Origin: Patescibacteria group bacterium
GTDB taxonomy: Bacteria; Patescibacteriota; Minisyncoccia; UBA6257; 2-01-FULL-56-20
Reading direction: 5' to 3'
DNA length: 64,000 nucleotides
Assembly: GCA_038077975.1 (NCBI GenBank)
Contig: JBBUGM010000006.1
Span: 4,905 to 68,904 of the forward strand
The translations under genes and the position numbers were made by a program. The notes under the pieces are model-generated. The model was not told the origin of the DNA and searched no databases. It saw only the letters and a list, made by a program, of their open reading frames with translations. Positions within the stretch are counted from its first letter, which is position 1, and every line of letters begins with the position of its first letter. Positions 30,313 through 39,050 of this stretch are shown piece by piece.

Positions 30313-31545
30313 ATGCTCGACATCAAACTTCTTCGCGATAGTCCTCAAGTTGTGAAAGACGGCATTGCCGTGAAAGGCGCGGGCCCTAAGCTCGTCGACG
30401 AGTTTTTGCGCCTAGACGGAGAATGGCGAACTTTCACGGCGAATTTGGACGAAAAACGCGCTTTGCAGAATAAATTGAGCAAGGAAAGGAATATCGAAGC
30501 GGCGAAGAAGAACAAAGAAGAGATAAAAGAATTGGAATCAAAATTGGCGGCAACGGAAAAGTCGCGCGAGGAAATATTGTTGCAAATCCCGAACTTGCCG
30601 GATGCGGCCGCTCCCCGAGGCAAAAGCGAGGCGGAAAATAAAGTTCTCCGCGAAGTCGGAAAAAAGCCGAAATTCGATTTTACCCCCAAAGACCATCTCG
30701 AACTTGGCGAGGCCTTGGGCATCATTGATTTCGAGACTGCCTCAAGAGTTTCCGGTTCGGGATTTTACTATCTCAAAAACGACGGCGTGCTACTGGAGTT
30801 CGCGCTTGTGCATTATGCCTTGGATTTTTTGCGGAGCAAAGGATTCGATTTGTGGTTCACGCCGGATTTGGCGCGGGAAAAATATTATCTGGGAACGGGA
30901 TATAATCCCCGCGGTCCGGAGGCGCAGACGTATCTCATCGAAAATTCCGACCTCGGCCTCGTTGCCACCTCCGAGGTGACGCTTGCCGGTATTCACGCGG
31001 GGGAGTCGTTTGCCGCTGAGGCCTTGCCGAAGCGCTACGCCGGCTATTCGCATTGCTTCAGGCAGGAAGCGGGCGCTTACGGCAAGTATTCGCGGGGACT
31101 TTACCGCGTGCATCAGTTCACGAAAGTGGAAATGTACGTCTTCACCCGCCCCGAGGATTCGGCGAAAATGCACGAAGAACTTCTCGCGCTCGAAGAAGAG
31201 CTTTGGCAGGGCCTCAAGGTGCCTTACCGCGTGGTTGAGATATGCACCGGGGACTTAGGCGCTCAGGCATCGAGAAAATTCGACCTCGAAGCGTGGATGC
31301 CCGGCCGCAACGATTGGGGAGAGATCACTTCGACCTCGAACACGACCGATTACCAGGCGCGGCGCCTCAATATCCGATACAAAAAAGGCGGCGAGAAACC
31401 GGAATTCGCGCACACCCTGAATGGCACCGCGATCGCGACTTCGCGGGCGATCATCGCGATATTGGAAAACTACCAGCGCAAGGACGGCAAAGTGGACGTG
31501 CCCAAGGCGTTAGAGAAGTATATGGGGAAGAAAGTGATCGGATGA
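30313..31545 (+). CDS. serS: Serine-tRNA ligase
   Basis: MLDIKLLR, ATSE, FRQEAG, RVHQFTKVE, HTLNGT. Confidence 0.97.
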   Translation: MLDIKLLRDSPQVVKDGIAVKGAGPKLVDEFLRLDGEWRTFTANLDEKRALQNKLSKERNIEAAKKNKEEIKELESKLAATEKSREEILLQIPNLPDAAAPRGKSEAENKVLREVGKKPKFDFTPKDHLELGEALGIIDFETASRVSGSGFYYLKNDGVLLEFALVHYALDFLRSKGFDLWFTPDLAREKYYLGTGYNPRGPEAQTYLIENSDLGLVATSEVTLAGIHAGESFAAEALPKRYAGYSHCFRQEAGAYGKYSRGLYRVHQFTKVEMYVFTRPEDSAKMHEELLALEEELWQGLKVPYRVVEICTGDLGAQASRKFDLEAWMPGRNDWGEITSTSNTTDYQARRLNIRYKKGGEKPEFAHTLNGTAIATSRAIIAILENYQRKDGKVDVPKALEKYMGKKVIG

Positions 31546-31584
31546 ATTTTTATTGAGTCGACTTACCCTTTTTGGTTGTAGTCC

Positions 31585-31614
31585 TATTTTCTTATTCGCG
31601 CGAATAAGAAAATA
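31585..31614. repeat. Perfect 30-bp palindrome
   Basis: TATTTTCTTATTCGCGCGAATAAGAAAATA. Confidence 0.8.
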
Positions 31615-31706
31615 AGACAATCAAAAACAAACAGAAAGCGAAAAATCTTATTGAACCGTTCGCACGAATGGTTCCATGCGAGGTTTTTGAGCCGATACCG
31701 CCGCAC

Positions 31707-31734
31707 TTGCATTTTTCCGCCAGCGTGTTATAAT
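31707..31734 (+). promoter_or_regulatory. Sigma70 promoter with extended -10
   Basis: TTGCAT-N16-TATAAT with TGn. Confidence 0.65.
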
Positions 31735-31783
31735 TGGGCCAGCGTGGGGAAACTCACGACTTTACAGAAAAAGGAGGCTGACC

Positions 31784-32380
31784 ATGTCAAAAGACATGCT
31801 CGGCACTTTGGTAAGAAAGTTGGTCAATGTCCCGGAGGAAGCACTCGGCACGTTGATCGATCTCTCGGAGAAGCTTGCCGGCCCGAACGGTAAGGAGTGG
31901 CTGGTTGCCCTCAAGCATTTCCTTCGCAAGGAAGGCATGGCAATGTTGGAAGTCTTCCGCGTCACGGTCGACTACTCGATGACCATCGAGCAGATGATCG
32001 CCGCGGGCCGCTACGACTGGCAGAACAACGACGTGAACGACAAGCACTTCCCAATTCCGCCCTCGAAACGCGGGAAACAGGAAGTCGCGATCGAACTCAT
32101 CAAATTCGACCGCGATATGGAGTCCAATGAAGTTCTCCGCGAGCTCGACAAGATGGGCCTCCGCTCAGCCGAGTTGCCGGAACTTCTGGCCTTCGGCGCC
32201 GCCTACCCCGAGAAGCAACGTGAATTTCCGGTCGTTGCTCTTGGTTCCGTGTGGCACTACTGGGACGGCGATCGCGGCGTTGCGTGCCTCTGCAGGCACG
32301 CCGGCGGGCGCTACCTCGACCTCCGTTGGTGGTGCGGCAGGTGGTTCTCGCACGGTCGCTTCGCAGCCGTTAGCAAGTAG
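31784..32380 (+). CDS. Hypothetical protein, probable C-type-lectin-fold DGR target
   Basis: AAGGAGG SD; C-terminal W....RFAAV motif with NNC-rich codons. Confidence 0.6.
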   Translation: MSKDMLGTLVRKLVNVPEEALGTLIDLSEKLAGPNGKEWLVALKHFLRKEGMAMLEVFRVTVDYSMTIEQMIAAGRYDWQNNDVNDKHFPIPPSKRGKQEVAIELIKFDRDMESNEVLRELDKMGLRSAELPELLAFGAAYPEKQREFPVVALGSVWHYWDGDRGVACLCRHAGGRYLDLRWWCGRWFSHGRFAAVSK

Positions 32381-32433
32381 CATTGGTCCTCGGACGCTAG
32401 GATCCTCTGGCCTTTCAGATCCTTTGATCCTTT

Positions 32434-32471
32434 CGCCCGTTGAAACTCCGGTTTCAACGGGCGTATTTTTT
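32434..32471 (+). terminator. 13-bp stem-loop with T-tract
   Basis: CGCCCGTTGAAAC-tccg-GTTTCAACGGGCG. Confidence 0.8.
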
Positions 32472-32508
32472 TTGAGCAAAAAATACGATAGCATGAAAGG
32501 GATATCTT

Positions 32509-33747
32509 ATGGCAAAAGTTTTAACAAAAACACACAGAACGTGGATTGAAATCGATTCGCGGGCGGCGAAGAAGAATTATGATACGTTTCGGAAGTTGAT
32601 CGGCCCTGTTCGACCCCTTCGACAAGCTCAGGGTATAAAAGCTCAGGGCAAGCGCGGAACGCAATTGTGGTCTGTTGTGAAGTCGAATGCCTACGGGCAC
32701 GGGATAGTCGTTTTTTCGAAATTAGCCGACCGCTTAGGGGTCAATGGTTTTTGCGTTGATTCTTTGGTTGAGGGAATTCGTCTGCGCAAAGAAGGAATTA
32801 AAAAGCCGATCTTGGTTCTGGGCCCGACCTTGCCGGCACTACTTCACGAAGCGGCGAAAAGGAAAATAACGATCACAATTTCCAATTTTGATTCTTTGAA
32901 AGTATTAACATCGATTGTAGCTAAAAAAGCTACAATCGACGGAGTGCCGGAATTTCATTTGAAGATCGATACCGGCATGCACCGCCAAGGGTTCTACCTC
33001 GCGGATTTACCAAAGGTTCTTAAATCCCTAAATTCTAAATCCTCAATCCTAAATTCTCGTTTGCGGGGCATCTACACCCACTTCGCTTCGGCAAAAGACA
33101 CGAATTACCCGACTTATACCGAAAAACAATTCGCCGAATTCCAAAAAGCGATAAAGCTTTTCGAAGACGCCGGTTTTCCCGCCGAAGGCGGGTCCGCCTC
33201 TGGCGGAAAGAATTCCATTACCGTCCATTGCGCGGCAACAGGCGGGACACTCGTGAACCCAAAATATCATCTCGATGCCGTGCGAGTTGGCATCGGACTT
33301 TACGGATTATGGCCGTCAAAAGAACTGGAGGTCCAGCTCGGCCGCAAAATCAAACTCTATCCGGTTTTATCATGGCGAGCTGTTGTGAGCGAGGTGAAAA
33401 ATTTGGAGGCAGGGGATTATATTGGTTACGACCTCGTTGAACGCGCCCCGCGGCCGATGAAAATGGCCGTGATCCCCGTTGGCTACTGGCACGGATTGCC
33501 GCGTTCGCTCTCCGGCATCGGTGAAGTGCTTATAAATGGCCGCCGCGCGAAAATTCTTGGCCGCATTTCGATGGACCTCATCGCCGTGGGGCCGGTTACG
33601 GGTGTAAAGCCGGGGGATATCGCGACTTTCATCGGTAAAGACGGCAAAGAAAATTTTCTCGCATTCGACGTCGCGGCGCGCGGCGGCACTATCCACTACG
33701 AACTCTTAACGCGACTTAATCCCTTAATCGAGCGCATCATCCAATAG
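32509..33747 (+). CDS. alr: Alanine racemase with repeat-derived insertions
   Basis: VVKSNAYGHG, HLKIDTGMHRQG, THFA, VRVGIGLYG, GRISMD. Confidence 0.95.
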   Translation: MAKVLTKTHRTWIEIDSRAAKKNYDTFRKLIGPVRPLRQAQGIKAQGKRGTQLWSVVKSNAYGHGIVVFSKLADRLGVNGFCVDSLVEGIRLRKEGIKKPILVLGPTLPALLHEAAKRKITITISNFDSLKVLTSIVAKKATIDGVPEFHLKIDTGMHRQGFYLADLPKVLKSLNSKSSILNSRLRGIYTHFASAKDTNYPTYTEKQFAEFQKAIKLFEDAGFPAEGGSASGGKNSITVHCAATGGTLVNPKYHLDAVRVGIGLYGLWPSKELEVQLGRKIKLYPVLSWRAVVSEVKNLEAGDYIGYDLVERAPRPMKMAVIPVGYWHGLPRSLSGIGEVLINGRRAKILGRISMDLIAVGPVTGVKPGDIATFIGKDGKENFLAFDVAARGGTIHYELLTRLNPLIERIIQ

Positions 33748-33749
33748 AG

Positions 33750-33940
33750 CACAAAAGTCCAAACCACAAATTACAAACAAATTTGAAACACAAAACGGCG
33801 CGCCGTGTCATTCCTGCGGAAGCAGGAATCCAGTCCTGGTTCCCAAATCAAGTTTGGGATGACGGCATGGCCGTCGGTTTTTTTGGATTTTGATATTTGA
33901 ATTTGTGTATTGTTTGTAATTTGGGATTTGTAATTTGGAC
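33750..33940. repeat. Inverted heptamer arrays enclosing a GTCAT...ATGAC element (33807-33863)
   Basis: CACAAAT/ACAAAC units left, ATTTGGG/ATTTGTA units right. Confidence 0.7.
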
Positions 33941-33943
33941 TTT

Positions 33944-34771
33944 ATGCCAAAAGCAGATGTTTATGTCCCCGACGGCCGCGGCGAGCGCAGAAAAAAGCGC
34001 TTTATTTTTGTCATTGTCATGGTCATTGTCACCGCGTATCTCTCGGTCCTTGCCGCCGGCTGGCTGATTTTGCGTAATCCGGTTTTCCGCATCCAAAATG
34101 TCGAAGTTGTCGGCAATATCGATGTCTCGGGCGAAAGAATAAAAGGAGTTGTTCTTTCGCGCATTGTACGCGGAAGTTTTTGGCGGGCCTTGATTGGCAT
34201 CAACAATGTCCTCATCTGGCCGGAGCGTTTAAGCGCGGAGGACCTCGTTTTTTTACCGGAAGTGAAGAGCGTGGAACTAGAGAAAGATTACGCATCGCGA
34301 AGCGTTTTAATAAACGTTGACGAACGCAAACCGCGCGGCATCTGGTGTCTTGCCTCGCCGCCCGTAGGCGATAACTGTTGGTGGTTCGATGACGCTGGCG
34401 TGCTTTTCCGCCGCGCAATATTCGCCGAAGGAAGCTTGATCACTGTTGTTGTTGACTACTCCCAGGAAAATTTCGGCCTGGGATACAAGATCTTACCGGA
34501 GGAATTCATTGATAATGCCTTTTCCGTTTTCGATGTCGTGCGTAGTAGCGGATTAAGAATCAAAGAGGTACGCCTAAACGACCTTGAACTTGAAGAGGTG
34601 GAGGTTTTGACTTTCGACGGTCCGCGCGTTTTGTTCAGCTTACGTTTTCCGTCCGTTAACGCGCTCGAGGTTATACAAAAATTATTTTCCGCCAAAGGCG
34701 GATCCGCCCCTGGCGGGAAAGATTTGGATTATTTGGATTTCAGAGTGGAAAACAGGGTATACTATAAATAG
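33944..34771 (+). CDS. FtsQ/DivIB-like POTRA protein
   Basis: TM, FRIQNVEVVGN, I.V.ERKP, C-terminal YLDFRVENRVYYK. Confidence 0.75.
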   Translation: MPKADVYVPDGRGERRKKRFIFVIVMVIVTAYLSVLAAGWLILRNPVFRIQNVEVVGNIDVSGERIKGVVLSRIVRGSFWRALIGINNVLIWPERLSAEDLVFLPEVKSVELEKDYASRSVLINVDERKPRGIWCLASPPVGDNCWWFDDAGVLFRRAIFAEGSLITVVVDYSQENFGLGYKILPEEFIDNAFSVFDVVRSSGLRIKEVRLNDLELEEVEVLTFDGPRVLFSLRFPSVNALEVIQKLFSAKGGSAPGGKDLDYLDFRVENRVYYK

Positions 34772-34794
34772 AACTGATTTTTTGGCGGTGCAGC

Positions 34795-35076
34795 GTGGCC
34801 GGTGTTCGATACAGTAACAAAAAGTTTATAGCCGCTTATAAAGAGTGGTTTAGGCGGCAAATTGACATGAATGCGCGCATAGTTTTATGCGAAGACGACG
34901 TGCCGCGCTCTGCAAGTGAGATTGTGAAAGCTCTTAGGGCCGGCGAAGATTGGGCGGTGAAGTCGTTGATAAAAAAACTTGTCATGGTCGCGCGAAAAAA
35001 ACGCATGGACCCCTTTAAGCTTTTGCGAAGCTTTAAGGTTAGAACTATTTATACAACTTGTCCGATCAAATCATGA
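34795..35076 (+). CDS. Hypothetical protein
   Basis: ORF fills intergenic gap, hairpin follows. Confidence 0.45.
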   Translation: MAGVRYSNKKFIAAYKEWFRRQIDMNARIVLCEDDVPRSASEIVKALRAGEDWAVKSLIKKLVMVARKKRMDPFKLLRSFKVRTIYTTCPIKS

Positions 35077-35123
35077 CGGCGCGCTGTGCGCGCCGTTCTA
35101 ATTTTTAAGGTAAAATTTTCTCA

Positions 35124-37073
35124 ATGGCGGTTGACGAGATAAAAAAGACGGGTCTTCCGCGCGGAATTGGTTGGGGGATTTTCGCGCTGATTTTGGTTTT
35201 CATCGGCGGGCTATTTTTAACTTTCGGCCGGACGAAAGATATTACCGCGGAAAGGGTGGCAGGCAACATCGATGAATTGAAGAGCGGCGTCGAAGACCTG
35301 CGCAACTTTAACACCGAATCGGCTAAAGAGAGATTTTCTCGAATAGGAACGGAGATAGTCGATATTAGGGATTCGGTGGGAATTTTCGGCTCGCTTTTTA
35401 GTGGCACGGGAGAGCTTTTGCTAAATTTTCAAAACGTGACAGCGCAAGGCATCGCCTTGAGTGGCGAGATGGAATTCCTGCGCGCGAACGCGCTCGGTCT
35501 TTTCCTTGAAGACGGAAAGACGCTTCTCGAACATCTTAAAACTGTCCAGGGTGCGCTTAGAAGTGTTGATGAGTCGGCGCGCAAGCTCGCTACGGCGGCG
35601 TCCGGTCTCAATGAGGCCGCTTCGCTCGCCGGAGAATTCTATTTGCCGTTCCAGCTCGATCTCGCGCGGTTCATGGGTTTTCTTGATGCGCTTTTGCCGA
35701 AGCTCGAAGCGGAAGAGATAAATTTTTTGGTCCTTTTCCAAAATCCGTCGGAGATAAGGCCCGCGGGAGGATTTCTCGGGAGCTATGCCGTGGTTTCGGT
35801 GAAGGGGGGCCAGCTCCAAAACGTGGAAGTGCACGACGTAAACGACGTCGACCGTACTTTTGAAGATAAGATCACGCCGCCGCGGCCGCTTCAGGCGGTT
35901 GCGAGGTCATGGCGTCCGTATGACGCAAATTGGTTTTTCGATTTTGCTCTCTCGGCAAAAAAGGTTGCGAAATTTTTCGAGACATCCGGACTGTACCGAG
36001 ACAAGGCCGCCCCTGACGGTGCCGCAGCCCCGTTTGACGGGGTGATGGCAGTTTCTCCTAAGGTTGTCGAAGACATTCTTGCGCTTACCGGCCCCATCGA
36101 ACTACCGGAAAGAAAATTGGTTTTTAATGAAGATAATTTTTTGATGGAAACCCAGCGCCTTGTGCAGGAAGGCCAGGCGACGAACTCGACATATCCCAAA
36201 AAAATATTGGAAGAACTCGCGCCGCTTATATTTGAGCGCGTCAAAACGATGGACGACGCGCAAAAAAATGAATTTTGGAATTTGGTTTCTGATTGGATCA
36301 GCCGCAAGGACATTATGGTTTATTTTGTGGAGCCGAAACTCCAGAGTTTCGCGCGGTACTACGGGGCAACGGGTGAGACATACGAATTATCGCAGGATTG
36401 GAATGGCAATTACTTAGCGCTCGTCGATGCGAACATTGGCGGCGGCAAATCGGATCTTTTCATTAAGCAAAATATCGTCTTGGAGAGCCAGATCAATGCC
36501 GACGGCACTATTTCCAACCATCTGGTCGTTGATCGCATCCACGAGGGTAATAGATCGAAGTACTGGTGGTACAAGGAAACGAACCAAAATTACCTTCAGG
36601 TTTTCGTGCCAAGTTCCGCGCGGCTTACGAACTTCAAAGGTGGCGTGGACAAAACAATTACGCCGAAAGTGAATTACGTAAAAGAGGGATATGACGTGGA
36701 CAGCGATGTTTCCGCTATCGAAAGTTCGGAGGAAGCGGTTTTCAATTTCCCTGCGGTTCGTATGCACAAAGAACTGGGCAAGTCGGTTTTCTCCACCTGG
36801 TCGGCAACAAAAGCGGGCGCGAGAACACAGCTTGTTTTCGATTACGTGACGCGGCTCGCTCTCGCTCCCGAGGACGGAGTGGAATATCACTTTGTTTTCG
36901 AAAAACAAGCCGGGACTGCTCGCAATTATAAATTCCAGATCAGCGCCCCGGCCGGATTTCGTTTCGCGGAGAGCGGCTTGCCGGTATTTGCGTATGAAGC
37001 AGTGAGTAACGCTACGTCTTCTAGTGCGCTCCCGGGGCGGTTGATCGTAGATTTGACATTGGAGAGGATCTGA
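35124..37073 (+). CDS. DUF4012-like membrane-anchored protein
   Basis: LFQNPSEIRPAGGFLGSY, DANW..DF, DGV, N.GGGKSD motifs. Confidence 0.8.
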   Translation: MAVDEIKKTGLPRGIGWGIFALILVFIGGLFLTFGRTKDITAERVAGNIDELKSGVEDLRNFNTESAKERFSRIGTEIVDIRDSVGIFGSLFSGTGELLLNFQNVTAQGIALSGEMEFLRANALGLFLEDGKTLLEHLKTVQGALRSVDESARKLATAASGLNEAASLAGEFYLPFQLDLARFMGFLDALLPKLEAEEINFLVLFQNPSEIRPAGGFLGSYAVVSVKGGQLQNVEVHDVNDVDRTFEDKITPPRPLQAVARSWRPYDANWFFDFALSAKKVAKFFETSGLYRDKAAPDGAAAPFDGVMAVSPKVVEDILALTGPIELPERKLVFNEDNFLMETQRLVQEGQATNSTYPKKILEELAPLIFERVKTMDDAQKNEFWNLVSDWISRKDIMVYFVEPKLQSFARYYGATGETYELSQDWNGNYLALVDANIGGGKSDLFIKQNIVLESQINADGTISNHLVVDRIHEGNRSKYWWYKETNQNYLQVFVPSSARLTNFKGGVDKTITPKVNYVKEGYDVDSDVSAIESSEEAVFNFPAVRMHKELGKSVFSTWSATKAGARTQLVFDYVTRLALAPEDGVEYHFVFEKQAGTARNYKFQISAPAGFRFAESGLPVFAYEAVSNATSSSALPGRLIVDLTLERI

Positions 37074-37129
37074 TATATAATGCTTCCAGCATCGGCGGAT
37101 TCTAATCTGCCGAAAACAAGGAGGATAGC

Positions 37130-37408
37130 GTGAAGAAAGCACTTGTGTCACTTTTCGTTCTGATGGCTGTGGCCTCCACACTCAACTTCATGGCAAATCA
37201 AAAAGTTACCGATAAAGTCACTGATTACGATTCTCTTGCGGTTGTGCATCAAACACGCGACGGATGGTTTGTAACCCATCCTTCATTCGCGCGACGCCTG
37301 CCCGATGAAATGAAGGATCTGTTCCCAATCCCACGCCGCATCTCAATTCATTACGAATTCCTAAAGAAAGAAAAAGTAGTAATTACGACAGAAACGATAG
37401 AGTACTAA
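37130..37408 (+). CDS. Small secreted hypothetical protein
   Basis: AGGAGGA SD, signal-peptide-like N-terminus, terminator at about 37422-37455. Confidence 0.6.
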   Translation: MKKALVSLFVLMAVASTLNFMANQKVTDKVTDYDSLAVVHQTRDGWFVTHPSFARRLPDEMKDLFPIPRRISIHYEFLKKEKVVITTETIEY

Positions 37409-37531
37409 GTTCTTTTCCCCTAGCCCCGTGCGATTTCCGCGCGGGGTTTTCTTTTACGGACCAGAATTTTTACCTTGCGAGCCCAAAATTTTCCGATTGC
37501 AATCCAGCAAAAAATTTGGTACAATTAAAGT

Positions 37532-37777
37532 ATGAAAACAAACATTTTAAGGCGGCTTCCAAAAAACCTTTATGGATATTTTTGGGAAATTGATCGGAAG
37601 TCTCTCGACGCTAAAAAGTATGGCGCGTACATCGTTAAACGCCTTTTGGAGCATGGCCGGCCGGAGGCGATCCGTTGGGCGTGGAAACATATCCCAAGGC
37701 GGGTATGGCGTAAGGCGCTCCAGTCGCGCGAGATTTCGCAAAGAACCCGCTCGTTTTGGGAATCGCTCGTGCGCTGA
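37532..37777 (+). CDS. DUF6922-like antitoxin
   Basis: YFWE.D...LD......YIV.RLLE.G....I.W pattern. Confidence 0.7.
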   Translation: MKTNILRRLPKNLYGYFWEIDRKSLDAKKYGAYIVKRLLEHGRPEAIRWAWKHIPRRVWRKALQSREISQRTRSFWESLVR

Positions 37778-37786
37778 CACACTTTT

Positions 37787-38425
37787 ATGGTTGTCCTCGA
37801 CAATCTGCCAAAAAATACGCGGGGCGCCCTCGAAAAACTTGCCGGCGCCGCTTTTATAAAAAAATTTTATCTTGCCGGCGGCACGGCCGCGACGCTTTTT
37901 TTTAGACACCGGGAATCCAAAGACCTCGATTTCTTTTCCGAGGACCATTTTCGGACACCAACACTTATTAGACACCTCGCGAAAATCGGCTCATTCGTTA
38001 CTACTAAAACCGCAGAAGATACGCTAGAAGGCAGATTTGAAAAAGTAAAAATTAGCTTTTTCACGCTTCCATACAAATTGCTCGAAAAATCGCTCAAGTA
38101 CAAAAATATGCGCATTGCTTCCCTGGTTGATATTGCGACGATGAAAATTCTTGCCATATCTGATCGCGGTACGCGGCGCGATTTTATAGATCTTTACTGT
38201 CTGGCTACGCGGGTAAAGCCGCTCGACAAACTACTTCTCGATTTTGAGAGAAAATTCGGGAAATACGACTACAATTTACACCACATCATCGCAAGCTTAA
38301 CTTATTTCAAGGACGCAGAGGAGGAACCGATACCGCATCTTTATATCGATCTTGAGTGGAAGAATGTTAAGAGGTTTTTTTTACACGAAAAACCGCTTCT
38401 TGCAAAGAAGTTTTTGATTGGATAG
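37787..38425 (+). CDS. AbiEii/AbiGii-type nucleotidyltransferase toxin
   Basis: FYLAGGTA, HRESKDLDFF, MKILAI..RG..RDFIDLY. Confidence 0.85.
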   Translation: MVVLDNLPKNTRGALEKLAGAAFIKKFYLAGGTAATLFFRHRESKDLDFFSEDHFRTPTLIRHLAKIGSFVTTKTAEDTLEGRFEKVKISFFTLPYKLLEKSLKYKNMRIASLVDIATMKILAISDRGTRRDFIDLYCLATRVKPLDKLLLDFERKFGKYDYNLHHIIASLTYFKDAEEEPIPHLYIDLEWKNVKRFFLHEKPLLAKKFLIG

Positions 38426-38487
38426 TTCCCTTGGCGACAAAGCCTCTTCTGCCTTCTCCGACTCGACAGAGGCGAGGCGAGCGAGAT

Positions 38488-38596
38488 CGGCTTGCCGGTA
38501 TTTGCGTATGAATCGCACGAATCTTCATCATCGACGAATCAGATGCCGGGGCGGTTGATATCATATTTTGCGCGACGCAGATTTAACGGCGGATGA
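38488..38596 (+). pseudogene. Orphan copy of DUF4012-like gene 3' end
   Basis: 25-bp and 14-bp identical blocks matching 36974-36998 and 37032-37045, both at +1514. Confidence 0.8.
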
Positions 38597-38677
38597 ATTG
38601 ATGAATTTGTTATAGACTAATTTGATTTTTATCGAGCATTAAGATATACTGCGGGCAGTACTTAGAGGAGGATTCAC

Positions 38678-38947
38678 TTGAAGACAGCTGATAAAGTTGA
38701 GCTTCTGGGAGCAGCATCTGGTGTCATCACAACCGCATCTTTCGTGCCGCAAGTAGTGAAAATCTGGTGGGCTTATCCCGCGCCGGCAAACGACATTTCT
38801 CTCTTGGCGTTCGCCGCGCTCACTTTCGGCGTCGCCGGCTGGATCGCCTATGGTGTGTTCAGGAGATCGCCTTCTTTGATAATCGCTAACTCGCTCACAT
38901 TTGTATTCGCCGGTTCGATCCTTGTCTACAAGCTCATTTGCGGCTAA
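38678..38947 (+). CDS. SemiSWEET/PQ-loop transporter
   Basis: TT.SF.PQ..K, DIS, W..YG, IIAN; GAGGAGG SD. Confidence 0.88.
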   Translation: MKTADKVELLGAASGVITTASFVPQVVKIWWAYPAPANDISLLAFAALTFGVAGWIAYGVFRRSPSLIIANSLTFVFAGSILVYKLICG

Positions 38948-39050
38948 TCGATTCCTCGCCCCGCGCGATTTTCGCGCGGGGCTTTGTATTGTCTTATATC
39001 GTGCGATCGCAGCGTATAAGAATTTTCTGCGCGGGGCGGAGGATACTCGA

